This document shows positions 19,187 to 28,709 of a DNA stretch of 64,000 bases, piece by piece. The notes below the pieces were generated by a model. The model was given only the letters and a program-made list of their open reading frames with translations. It was not told the origin of the DNA and did not search any database. Position 1 is the first letter of the stretch, and each line of letters begins with the position of its first letter. The stretch spans positions 2,272,001 through 2,336,000 of the forward strand of contig OZ246001.1 in the NCBI GenBank assembly GCA_965230295.1, in the 5' to 3' direction. Origin of the DNA: Marinicella sp. GTDB lineage: Bacteria > Pseudomonadota > Gammaproteobacteria > Xanthomonadales > Marinicellaceae. Position numbers and translations under genes: made by a program.

Positions 19187-21972
19187 TGGAGAAAAACAAC
19201 TCACAAGCCATTTGGCAACAGGCCAAAACCCTTTTTGCCGAGTATCTTGATCTCCCGGTTGAGGATTCCTTGGCAGCTGTTGAAAAGCGCACAGACATTG
19301 AACCGGTGGTCAAGGAAAGGGTGGTTCGCCTGATCAAAGCCTTGGAAAAGTCAAAAACCATTTTACAACAGGCGGATTCGGGACAAATCATTCAACGCAT
19401 CAAGCAATTGTCTGACATGACTGGTCAACACGTAGATGGTTATGTGTTGAATGAGTTGCTTGCGGTCGGTGGCATGTCATCGATTTATCAGGCACAAAGG
19501 GTGGATTCAGAAGTGCAAAAACCAGTGGCCATTAAAATCCTTTCGATGCAGTCTGATGCCACAGATGTGGTGTTGTTGTTTAACCGTGAATTGAAAGCCT
19601 TGTCCAAATTAAATCATCAGAACATTGTGGCGTTTTATCACGGGGGTGAATCGACTTCAGGTATTTATTATTTGGTCATGGAATTGATTGAGGGGGCGAT
19701 CACCCTTGATCAGTATATTGAGCAACAACACGCCGACGTCAATCAAACCGTTGATTTGATTCAGCAGGTGGCCGTGGCGATGGTCAACGCCCATGATCAC
19801 TTGATCATTCATGGTGACTTGAAGCCCGAAAATATTCTGGTTGATGTTAACCACCAAGTGAAAGTGGTTGATTTTGGAATCGCCGCATTCACCTACCAGA
19901 ATCAACAACAACTGTCGCCCGTTTACACGCCGGCAGTGGCATCGCCAGAGCAAGTATTGGGCGCCAGTATCACCGTTAAGTCGGACGTGTTTTCTTTGGG
20001 CGCAACCTTATTGCAGTTGTTATCTAAACAATCACCCCAGCCCGGGTTTGCGCCTAACCAATATTCGACTGAAGGCATTCAAACACACATCAGTGGACTA
20101 TTGAAGGATTCAAATATTGACAGTGATCTGGGATGCATCATTAAAAAAGCCATGCACCCTGATCCAACACAAAGGTACATCACCATGCATGATTTTGCGG
20201 CTGATCTGACTTGTTGGTTGAAGGGTCGTCCTGTGATGGCAGTTCAGGGTGGGCGCTTGTATCATTTTAAAAAATTTGCCCTGCGTAACAAGTTGTTGAC
20301 AACCGGTAGCTTCTTGTTTATTGGTATCTTGATAGCTGCTTTGGTGGTGGTCCAAATTTACGCCATCAATGCCAAAAATGAAGCAGAAAAAGCCAAGACC
20401 ACCCTGGATTTCATGACCAGTGTGTTGAGCCAGGCAGATCCAGCCCACATAGACCAAGGCAACACCACGATCAAAGAAGCTTTTAAAATCACTCTGAACC
20501 AATCCGATGAGTTTTTAACCAATAATCCAGAGTCACAAATAGAAATATTGACTCAAGTGGCTGAAATTTACAATGAATTGGCCTTGTATGAAGAAGCGGC
20601 ATCTACAGCCGAGAAAATACATCAAGCCTATGGTATTACTGAAGGGCCAAACTCAAGAAATGCCATGTATTGGTTGTATGAAGCAGCCGGGCATTATCAC
20701 GCAGCAGGCGCCTTCGAAAAATGCCTTCAACTGGGACATGAAGTACTTGAGCAATTGGACCAGAATCAGCTGTCATATCCAGTGGTGCGATTGAATGCTT
20801 TGAATGTCATCATTAAATGCCATGTTGAAAAGTTTGAGAATGATCTGGCCTATCAATACATGAATGTGGCGCAGCAGCTGATGGATTCAGGAAAGATTAA
20901 TGATTATGAATCGCTGGGCAGAACATACAATTCATTCGCAGTCATCACACGTCGGCAACATCAGTTTGAATTGTCAGAAGGGTTTTATCAGAAAAGCCTG
21001 TTGAACATCGAAAAATCGTTGGGCAAAGACAACACGGCATATGCCACCATTTTGAATGGTTTTGGTCGCATGTACATGTTACAGGACAAGTATGAAGTTG
21101 CCAAACCGTACTTGATTGAGTCCATAGACAGGGTCCGTTCATTTGATCCAGACAGCCATGTGTTGGCCAGAAACATGAGCTATTATGCCAAGTACTTATT
21201 CAATACAGGTGAACAAGAAGCTGCCATAGAGCTATTGAATCAATCAACTGAAATCGCTGAAAAACGGGGGCATCAGTTTACAGTCATGATCATTCAGGAC
21301 TTGCGTCACGAGTACAACAGCATCATGGGCAACTTCATGGATGCTTTTGATGCCACATTGATCCGTTTACAATCAGCCCATGATATATATGGCCGAAACC
21401 ATTCGAGGGTGTCTTTGTACCTACAGCAGTTGGCTGACTTGTTGAGTTTTATGGGTCAAACACAAATGGCGCAAGAAGTTTGGCAGCATAACATTGAGCA
21501 TTATCTTGGGTCGGAAACAGCAATGACAGAAGAATTGGCCAACACCTATGCGTTTATGGGCTTAGATGCATGGTATTCAGACCAAAATGAATTGGCAGTG
21601 GCTTATTGGCAAAAGTCACATGCTTACGCATCCGGTGTTCAAGCAGTGCAGGTGTTGGGGTTTGTCATCGGAGAAGGTTATGCAATCGATTCAGAGGACA
21701 CCACAAAAGATGAATCTGAAGAGTTGATTTGGCAAATGTTGTTGAATGGGTCACAAGAAGCTGAAAAACCTATGAATTGTCCAGACAGGTCAGAAGTATT
21801 AAGCTTAATGAATTTACGCTATAAATACTTATTGCTCGAGGCGTGTTCAACATCAGACCACGATCTGCAAACAGCGTATGAGGCGATTAAAGAACAGCAG
21901 AAACTTGCTCAACAAGCATTTGGAGAAACACACAAACATCAAGTGGTTGACATTTTGGATGCTTTAAATTGA
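19183..21972 (+). CDS. Membrane Hanks-type Ser/Thr kinase with C-terminal TPR domain
   Basis: GGMSSIY, VAIK, HGDLKPEN, DFG, SPEQ, SDVFSLG; TM segment; TPRs. Confidence 0.92.
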   Translation: MMEKNNSQAIWQQAKTLFAEYLDLPVEDSLAAVEKRTDIEPVVKERVVRLIKALEKSKTILQQADSGQIIQRIKQLSDMTGQHVDGYVLNELLAVGGMSSIYQAQRVDSEVQKPVAIKILSMQSDATDVVLLFNRELKALSKLNHQNIVAFYHGGESTSGIYYLVMELIEGAITLDQYIEQQHADVNQTVDLIQQVAVAMVNAHDHLIIHGDLKPENILVDVNHQVKVVDFGIAAFTYQNQQQLSPVYTPAVASPEQVLGASITVKSDVFSLGATLLQLLSKQSPQPGFAPNQYSTEGIQTHISGLLKDSNIDSDLGCIIKKAMHPDPTQRYITMHDFAADLTCWLKGRPVMAVQGGRLYHFKKFALRNKLLTTGSFLFIGILIAALVVVQIYAINAKNEAEKAKTTLDFMTSVLSQADPAHIDQGNTTIKEAFKITLNQSDEFLTNNPESQIEILTQVAEIYNELALYEEAASTAEKIHQAYGITEGPNSRNAMYWLYEAAGHYHAAGAFEKCLQLGHEVLEQLDQNQLSYPVVRLNALNVIIKCHVEKFENDLAYQYMNVAQQLMDSGKINDYESLGRTYNSFAVITRRQHQFELSEGFYQKSLLNIEKSLGKDNTAYATILNGFGRMYMLQDKYEVAKPYLIESIDRVRSFDPDSHVLARNMSYYAKYLFNTGEQEAAIELLNQSTEIAEKRGHQFTVMIIQDLRHEYNSIMGNFMDAFDATLIRLQSAHDIYGRNHSRVSLYLQQLADLLSFMGQTQMAQEVWQHNIEHYLGSETAMTEELANTYAFMGLDAWYSDQNELAVAYWQKSHAYASGVQAVQVLGFVIGEGYAIDSEDTTKDESEELIWQMLLNGSQEAEKPMNCPDRSEVLSLMNLRYKYLLLEACSTSDHDLQTAYEAIKEQQKLAQQAFGETHKHQVVDILDALN

Positions 21973-22035
21973 CATTTTTTTAGGCAGCTTAAACCTAAAT
22001 GATTAAACCTTGATCGCTGCAACTGTGGTCACGGT

Positions 22036-22542
22036 CTAGCGTCTTTGAATCAACCGCCCACGCAGCCACTGTTTTTGTGGCTTGCCCAACAATTGTTTTA
22101 AATCAAATGAAGCAGTTCTGAATTCTTTGAGGCGAATGGGGTTGTTGCGGCTGCCCAATTTGCCAAAAAATATGTATTCTTTATCAAATTTCAGCAGTGT
22201 CATGTCACATTGATCGGCCCTGGGTTGATTGCTCGAATTCATCCCGAAATCTTCAGGTACGCTGCCTTTCCAAATGGCCTTGGTTTCAATGTAGCCTCGG
22301 GCTTGTTTGTTCAGACTGATGTCCTTTTTGTAAATCCCCGAAAAAATGAAATCATAGTCCTTTTTTTTGATGGCCTTGAAATCGTTGCTGATTTTTGTTT
22401 TGGCATCGTTGCTGTTGTCAGAAACCCATTGGCCATCAACCAAGCGAGGCGGTTTGGATTTCTGTACCAGGAATTTTGAGCATGCCCAGGAGGTGTTTTG
22501 GGCCATCAATAAACAACAAAAAGTGGTCAGTAATATTTTCAT
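22036..22542 (-). CDS. Hypothetical exported protein
   Basis: Signal peptide followed by Cys (WACS); start overlaps dtd stop. Confidence 0.65.
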   Translation of the reverse strand: MKILLTTFCCLLMAQNTSWACSKFLVQKSKPPRLVDGQWVSDNSNDAKTKISNDFKAIKKKDYDFIFSGIYKKDISLNKQARGYIETKAIWKGSVPEDFGMNSSNQPRADQCDMTLLKFDKEYIFFGKLGSRNNPIRLKEFRTASFDLKQLLGKPQKQWLRGRLIQRR

Positions 22543-22979
22543 CAGGTCTCCAGCCAAAAAGTCACCGGCCCGTCATTGATCAAGCTGACTTGCATGTCAG
22601 CAGCAAATTGACCGGTTTGGACGTTTAAATCGGTTTGCTTAGCCAATTCGACCAGCTGATTGAAGATAAGTTCGCCATGTTCGGGAGAGGCTCCTCTGGA
22701 AAACCCGGGGCGATTGCCTTTTTTGGTGTCGGCAACGAGGGTGAACTGGGAGACCAGCAACAAATCGCCATTGATGTCATTCAAGGACAGGTTCATCTTG
22801 CCTGCCTGATCGGCAAATATTCGGTAGCGCCCAATTTTACCCAGTATTTTTCTGGCATGTTCAATGTCATCATCGCGTTCCACGCCAATCAAAGCCAGGA
22901 TGCCTTGTTTGATGTGTCCTACGGTTTTGCCATTCACATCTACTTGCGCTTGCTTAACCCTTTGTATCAGTGCTTTCAT
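22542..22979 (-). CDS. dtd: D-aminoacyl-tRNA deacylase
   Basis: MKALIQRV, SQFTL, KGNRP, NDGPVT. Confidence 0.97.
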   Translation of the reverse strand: MKALIQRVKQAQVDVNGKTVGHIKQGILALIGVERDDDIEHARKILGKIGRYRIFADQAGKMNLSLNDINGDLLLVSQFTLVADTKKGNRPGFSRGASPEHGELIFNQLVELAKQTDLNVQTGQFAADMQVSLINDGPVTFWLET

Positions 22980-23046
22980 GAGTGGGCATATTAGCAGAAT
23001 TGGTATGAACTTGGGAACTTACCCCAAAATCTCAGATGATTATATT

Positions 23047-24021
23047 TCACCCGGATAGAAAAAAATCCACATGGTTTTGTAGTTTATCCAGGTAATCGGG
23101 TTCCATGGGATCAAGCCACACGGCGTCTTCTTCTTTGCGCAGCCAGGTGAGTTGGCGTTTGGCCAACTGACGGGTGGCAGCGATGCCTTTGAAGATGAAG
23201 TCGTCTCTGTTGGTTTTGCCTTCCAGGTGTTCCCAGGCCTGGCGATATCCTACGGAGCGCATGGAGGGTAGTTCATCATGGTTCCTTGGATTGGCCATCA
23301 GCGTTTTCATTTCATCCAAAAAACCCTGTTCCAGCATGAGGTTAAACCGCTTGGCAATGCGTTCGTGTAAGACGCTGCGATCGGCTGGTGAAATGATGAT
23401 CTTTAAGGTGTTGTATTTGAGCTTTTGGCCTTGGTCCAATTCATGCCAAGTGGTCATGGTCTGGCCGGTTAATAGATAGACCTCATAGGCGCGATTGATG
23501 CGTTGCGGGTCGTTGGGGTGAATGCGAGCGGCACTGTCAGGGTCCACCTCGGCCAACAATTCATGTACATGTTCCCAGCCGAGTTCTGCGGCCATGTTTT
23601 GGATTTTTTCTCGTACCTCAGGGTCAGCTTCGGGCAGTTTAGACAAGCCATGCTGTAATGCGTTGTAATACAGCATGGTACCACCAGCCAGTAAGGGTAT
23701 GCGGTCATGATTGACACTGCCTTGCATCAACTCTATGGCATCCTGGCAAAAGTTGGAAGCTGAATAGGGTTCCCATGGTTCGCAGATATCAACCAATTCA
23801 TGAGGGGCTTTTTTAAGTGTTTCAGCATCTGGCTTGGCGGTGCCAATGTCCATGCCTTTGTAAACCAAGGCCGAATCAACGGAGATGATGTCACCCTGGT
23901 ATTGTTCATGCAACAATATGGCGGCATCGGTCTTACCCGCAGCAGTGGGACCCATCAGAAAAATGGCTTTGGGCAGCGAATGTTCGGTCTGATCATCCAT
24001 AGGAGGGTGATTATTGACCAC
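23047..24021 (-). CDS. miaA: tRNA dimethylallyltransferase
   Basis: GPTAAGKT, DSALVYKGMDIGTAKP, GGTMLY, TRQLAKRQLTW. Confidence 0.97.
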   Translation of the reverse strand: MVNNHPPMDDQTEHSLPKAIFLMGPTAAGKTDAAILLHEQYQGDIISVDSALVYKGMDIGTAKPDAETLKKAPHELVDICEPWEPYSASNFCQDAIELMQGSVNHDRIPLLAGGTMLYYNALQHGLSKLPEADPEVREKIQNMAAELGWEHVHELLAEVDPDSAARIHPNDPQRINRAYEVYLLTGQTMTTWHELDQGQKLKYNTLKIIISPADRSVLHERIAKRFNLMLEQGFLDEMKTLMANPRNHDELPSMRSVGYRQAWEHLEGKTNRDDFIFKGIAATRQLAKRQLTWLRKEEDAVWLDPMEPDYLDKLQNHVDFFLSG

Positions 24022-25837
24022 GCAAGAATAATTTGTCCAATTGTTTCATGTCTAATTGCGTCCAAGTGGGCCGACCATGGTTGCACTGGTCTGAACGCAA
24101 TGTATTTTCCATATCACGCAACAAGGCATTCATTTCCATAATGGACAATTGTCGGTTGGCCCTGACGGACCCATGACAGGCCATGGTGGACATGATTTCA
24201 TTGATTTGGGCTTCAATTTTTTGACTTGAGCCCAAAGCCACAATTTCAGACAACACATCCTTGATCAGGTTCTCCACATCGGCATGGGCCAGCATGGCGG
24301 GGATTTTGCGAACCACCAAACTTTCTTCTCCCGTGATGCTGATTTCAAAACCCAGCTGAGCGAACCAGTTTTGGTGGGTTTCTACGGCATTGACTTCACG
24401 GCTGGACACGTTAACCTGAATGGGCACCAATAACTTTTGGTTCTTCAGTTCGTCTGCCGCAAATTTTTGTTTCATGCGCTCGTAGGTGATGCGTTCATGG
24501 GCTGCATGCATATCGACAATGATCAAACCGTGTTGGTTCTCTGCAATGATAAATACACCATGAATTTGAGCTTTGGCATATCCCAATGGCGGGATGTCCT
24601 GGTTTTGTTCATCTGATTCAGGCAGGTTGGGCACACCAGCGACATCTGTACCTGGAAAATGATTGAAGTCCTGGCTGGCTTGAGCAGCTTGATTCAAGTA
24701 GTCAAAACTGGCCTCTCTGACCCCAACAGATGGTCTGTTGGACTGTAAGGCACCTTGTCCACCACCAGATAAGTTCAAGCGGTGTTGCATTTGTGAGTAA
24801 TCAGGTAAGGGCTCATTCACTGTAGCAGACATGGCACCAACTCGGGTTTCGGCCAGTGATTGATGGATGGAGCCAAAGATGAAATCATGAACCAACTTAG
24901 AGTCACGAAAGCGGACTTCGTGTTTGGTCGGGTGTACATTGACATCAACCAATTCAGGGTCAATGTCTAAGTACAACACGAAAGCCGGAAAACGACCATG
25001 AAACAGCACATCCTGATAGGCTTGTCTGATGGCATGACCGACCAGTTTGTCTTTGATCATGCGGTTGTTGATGTAAAAGAATTGGCGGTCTGGTTGGGCC
25101 CGATTCCATGAAGGCTTGGCGACCCAGCCTGACATTTTCAGGTTGCCCCGCTGCTGTTCAATATAAATGGCATTTTCAATAAAATCCTTGCCGCACAATT
25201 GATTGATGCGTTGGTGTTTGAGGATTTCAGAATCTCCGCCCTGGGCGTTGCGGATCATTTTGCCATTGTGGCTTAACCTGAAGGTGACATCAAAGCGTGA
25301 TAAAGACACGCGTTTGATCAATTCGTCAATGCGCAGGTATTCAGTTTGATCGGTTTTCATGAACCGCCGTCTGGCTGGCGTATTAAAAAATAAATCGGAG
25401 ACAATGATGGTGGTTCCAACGGGGTGTGCCGCTGGCATGGGCCCTTCGATTTCACCGCCATGTGCATTGACTTGAAATGCCATCTCAGCTTGATGGTGTC
25501 GAGAAATCAATTCGAAACGACTCACCGATGCAATACTGGGTAAAGCCTCACCACGAAATCCCATCGACAACAAGGACTCCAGATCATCCAAGGAGTGGAT
25601 TTTACTGGTGGCGTGTCGCTGTAAAGCCATGGTCAAGTCAGCTTCACTGATGCCGCGACCATTGTCGGTGACTTTGATGCGTTTTTTACCCCCTGTTTGG
25701 ACATCGATATCGATCACTGTGGCGCCAGCATCCAAGGCATTTTCGACCAATTCTTTGACCACCGATGCAGGACGTTCTACCACTTCTCCAGCCGCAATCT
25801 GGTCGATCAATTGGTTGGGTAATTTTCTGATACTCAT
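24011..25837 (-). CDS. mutL: DNA mismatch repair protein MutL
   Basis: IAAGEVVERP, GFRGEAL, DVNVHPTK, DMHAAHERITYE endonuclease motif, CNHGRP. Confidence 0.97.
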   Translation of the reverse strand: MSIRKLPNQLIDQIAAGEVVERPASVVKELVENALDAGATVIDIDVQTGGKKRIKVTDNGRGISEADLTMALQRHATSKIHSLDDLESLLSMGFRGEALPSIASVSRFELISRHHQAEMAFQVNAHGGEIEGPMPAAHPVGTTIIVSDLFFNTPARRRFMKTDQTEYLRIDELIKRVSLSRFDVTFRLSHNGKMIRNAQGGDSEILKHQRINQLCGKDFIENAIYIEQQRGNLKMSGWVAKPSWNRAQPDRQFFYINNRMIKDKLVGHAIRQAYQDVLFHGRFPAFVLYLDIDPELVDVNVHPTKHEVRFRDSKLVHDFIFGSIHQSLAETRVGAMSATVNEPLPDYSQMQHRLNLSGGGQGALQSNRPSVGVREASFDYLNQAAQASQDFNHFPGTDVAGVPNLPESDEQNQDIPPLGYAKAQIHGVFIIAENQHGLIIVDMHAAHERITYERMKQKFAADELKNQKLLVPIQVNVSSREVNAVETHQNWFAQLGFEISITGEESLVVRKIPAMLAHADVENLIKDVLSEIVALGSSQKIEAQINEIMSTMACHGSVRANRQLSIMEMNALLRDMENTLRSDQCNHGRPTWTQLDMKQLDKLFLRGQ

Positions 25838-25985
25838 GGGATAAATTTTACCATGCTTCATGGTATATTCATGCCTTAAAACAGGTTTCTTTCACGGCTA
25901 CAGCACATTCCATTGATCGGTAAATGTACTTTAATCTTTTAATGGATAAGCCATGTAATGGTGCTGTTCAACTCTTAAAGCGGCC

Positions 25986-28190
25986 TTATTGAATATTCAG
26001 CGGTATAACTTTGTTAGATGGTTTGTTGGCATGTCGTTTGAGCAACCAATAAAAGCCCATCATGATCGCAGCAGACAAGATTAACCAGATGGTTGCAAAA
26101 ACCGGTTGGCTGGTGAAAGTGGCAACCTGGTAAAAACAGGTGGCGATCAGGTATGCAATACCTGTTGAGTAGGTGGCCGAGAACAGGGCCCAGTTTTTAC
26201 CCGTTTCTTTGGCGATGGTGGCGATCACCGTCACACATGGGAAATACAACAACACAAACAACAAGTAGGCATAGGCTGCCAGACCGCTGCTGAATTTATC
26301 TTGCAGGATGCCAAATAATTGAGTCGATACCCCTTGGTTTTCGGCCATGGTTTCCACTTCATCAATCTCAGTCAACGACAAGCCCAATGGATCAATCAAG
26401 GCATCAGCCAAGCCGGCTGCATTCTCCGGGATGGTTTGCAGGGCTTCCAGCAGTTCTTCGCCAACTGTGGCTTCACCCTCATCAATGGCTTTTGAATAAA
26501 TGGCATCCAGCGAACCCACCATCACTTCTTTGGCCAGCAAACCGGTGAATAAGCCCACCACGGCTGGCCAGTTTTCTTCATCAACCCCCATCGGTGCAAA
26601 AATGGGCGTGGCCATTTGCGACCCGGCTGCCAACATCGATTGGTCGACGTCTTTGTTGCCCCAGGTAAAGTCGCGGCCGATGGAAGATATGATTTGTAAA
26701 ATAACCACAATGATGATGATGATTTTCCCGGCATCAACAATGAAGCCACGCAGTTTGTGCCAGGTGGATTTCAGGATGAATAACAAACCGGGAAAGCGCC
26801 ATTTAGGCAACTCTATGACAAACGGATCAGGTTGACCTGGCAGGATGGTTTTGCGCATTAACAAGCCAGTGGCAATGGCGACAACGATGCCAATCAAATA
26901 CAACGACAAAACAATCAAAGCCGCGTGCTCAGTGAAGAAGGCTGCCACAAACAAAGCATAAACCGATAACCTGGCTCCACACGACATGAAGGGTGCCATC
27001 AAAGTGGTGATGATGCGTTCATCTTTTTTGGCCAGCTGGCGGGTGGCCATCACAGCCGGCACATTGCAGCCAAAGCTGACGATCAATGGCACAAATGCCT
27101 TACCGGACAGGCCGATTTTTTGCAGCCAATTGTTCATCACAAAGGCCGCCCTGACCATATAACCCGACTCTTCAAGCAGGGTTAAAAACAGGAACAGAAA
27201 GCCAATCACAGGGATGAAAGTGGCCACTGTTTGGATGCCGGCCCCCACCCCTTCTGCCAAAATCACAGTCAGCCAATCAGGGGCATGGATGGCAGCCAAC
27301 AATTGACTGGTACCGTTGATGAAAATGGCTCCGGTGGCGATGTCGAAAAAATCAATGAACACATTGGCAACATTGATGGCAAAGAAAAACATCAGATACA
27401 TGGCCAGCATAAAGGCCAATGATCCTGTCAATGGGCTGGTCAACCACTGGTCCACACGACTGAATTTGTCTTTCAGCGGGGTGCTGGATTTGGCAACGCC
27501 CTGTTCTGTCACCGCTTTGGCCATTTCCATGGCCTGTTTGAAGCGGGCATCAAAAATGCGTTTGCTTTCTTCGATCACATCTGTTGATGATTTGACGTAT
27601 TCCTTGATGGCTTCTGCACGACTGACTGCTGCTGGTAATTCAATGTCCTGAGGTAACGGGGTGTGGTGATGCTCGGTATTTTGATGGGCTATTAAGGTGT
27701 TGGCAATGGTGTCGAACAAGTCTTTGATGCCATGACCTTTGGTGGCTGTGGTGGTCAACACCGGGCAGCCGGTCAATTTTGATAATTCATCAGTATCAAT
27801 GGTTTTACCACTGGCAGCACGTTCATCATCCATGTTCAAAACCAACAGTGTTGGTACGTCTAAATCCAGAATTTCTGTGGTGAGAAACAAACAGCGTTCT
27901 AAGTTGTTGGCATTGATCACGTTGACAAACAAATCAATGTCTTTCCGGTCTAAGGCCTGTTTGACCACCAATTCATCTTGAGACAGTTCGGCCAAGGACA
28001 ATCCATAAATACCAGGTAAATCCAGTAAAGAAAACCGGGTGTTGTTGCGAATCAACTTGGCTTCGGTTTGACTGACAGTCACCCCTGCCCAGTTACCGGT
28101 TTTCTTGTTTTGACCAGCCAAGGCATTGAATAGGGTGGTTTTGCCACTGTTTGGGTTGCCAATCAGGGCGACTTTGGTGGGTTTGGACAC
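25986..28190 (-). CDS. feoB: Ferrous iron transporter FeoB
   Basis: GNPNSGKT, NWAGVTV, DLPG, NMDD, FGCNVPA, PFMSCGARL. Confidence 0.96.
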   Translation of the reverse strand: MSKPTKVALIGNPNSGKTTLFNALAGQNKKTGNWAGVTVSQTEAKLIRNNTRFSLLDLPGIYGLSLAELSQDELVVKQALDRKDIDLFVNVINANNLERCLFLTTEILDLDVPTLLVLNMDDERAASGKTIDTDELSKLTGCPVLTTTATKGHGIKDLFDTIANTLIAHQNTEHHHTPLPQDIELPAAVSRAEAIKEYVKSSTDVIEESKRIFDARFKQAMEMAKAVTEQGVAKSSTPLKDKFSRVDQWLTSPLTGSLAFMLAMYLMFFFAINVANVFIDFFDIATGAIFINGTSQLLAAIHAPDWLTVILAEGVGAGIQTVATFIPVIGFLFLFLTLLEESGYMVRAAFVMNNWLQKIGLSGKAFVPLIVSFGCNVPAVMATRQLAKKDERIITTLMAPFMSCGARLSVYALFVAAFFTEHAALIVLSLYLIGIVVAIATGLLMRKTILPGQPDPFVIELPKWRFPGLLFILKSTWHKLRGFIVDAGKIIIIIVVILQIISSIGRDFTWGNKDVDQSMLAAGSQMATPIFAPMGVDEENWPAVVGLFTGLLAKEVMVGSLDAIYSKAIDEGEATVGEELLEALQTIPENAAGLADALIDPLGLSLTEIDEVETMAENQGVSTQLFGILQDKFSSGLAAYAYLLFVLLYFPCVTVIATIAKETGKNWALFSATYSTGIAYLIATCFYQVATFTSQPVFATIWLILSAAIMMGFYWLLKRHANKPSNKVIPLNIQ

Positions 28191-28201
28191 GATGGTTAGG
28201 G

Positions 28202-28444
28202 TCAGATCAGTGAGACAGAGATGGAATTGATTAAATCAGAGCCCACAGCGATGTTACCAAAGGGAGTTTTGATCACAGCACCATGTTTGTACAATGCCAT
28301 CAACTCAATCACCATGCCCATGCCTAACCCCATCAATGTGAGCTTTTGACTCAACGATTCTGAACAAGCATTGTGACATACCTGGTAGGTGTTTCCGGCT
28401 TTGGCGTGAGAGAGTTGCACTGAATTTTCAGATGGGCTGGTCAT
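28202..28444 (-). CDS. feoA: FeoA family protein
   Basis: 80 aa, KLTLMGLGMG; directly upstream of feoB. Confidence 0.8.
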   Translation of the reverse strand: MTSPSENSVQLSHAKAGNTYQVCHNACSESLSQKLTLMGLGMGMVIELMALYKHGAVIKTPFGNIAVGSDLINSISVSLI

Positions 28445-28464
28445 GGCTAGGTGCTAATCTAAAT

Positions 28465-28483
28465 AATAATGGTTCTCATTATT
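28465..28483. promoter_or_regulatory. Fur box
   Basis: AATAATGGTTCTCATTATT vs consensus GATAATGATAATCATTATC, just upstream of feoA. Confidence 0.8.
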
Positions 28484-28709
28484 GGGTATTGGCTAAAAAT
28501 AATCAAGTGTTGAACCAGAAAAAAGACAAAAGTTTGATTCTTGTCAAACAGCAGGGCTGGCACTTTTGTTCATGCCAGTTTGCCATTCTTGGGCACTGCA
28601 TGCTGTGGTTTTTGTCATTAATCGAAAAGATGGGTGTCTGCGTGACATATTTCTTTGGTTTAGTTGTTCCTGATTTGATAAAATCAACGGTTTATTTTGA
28701 CTGGAATCA

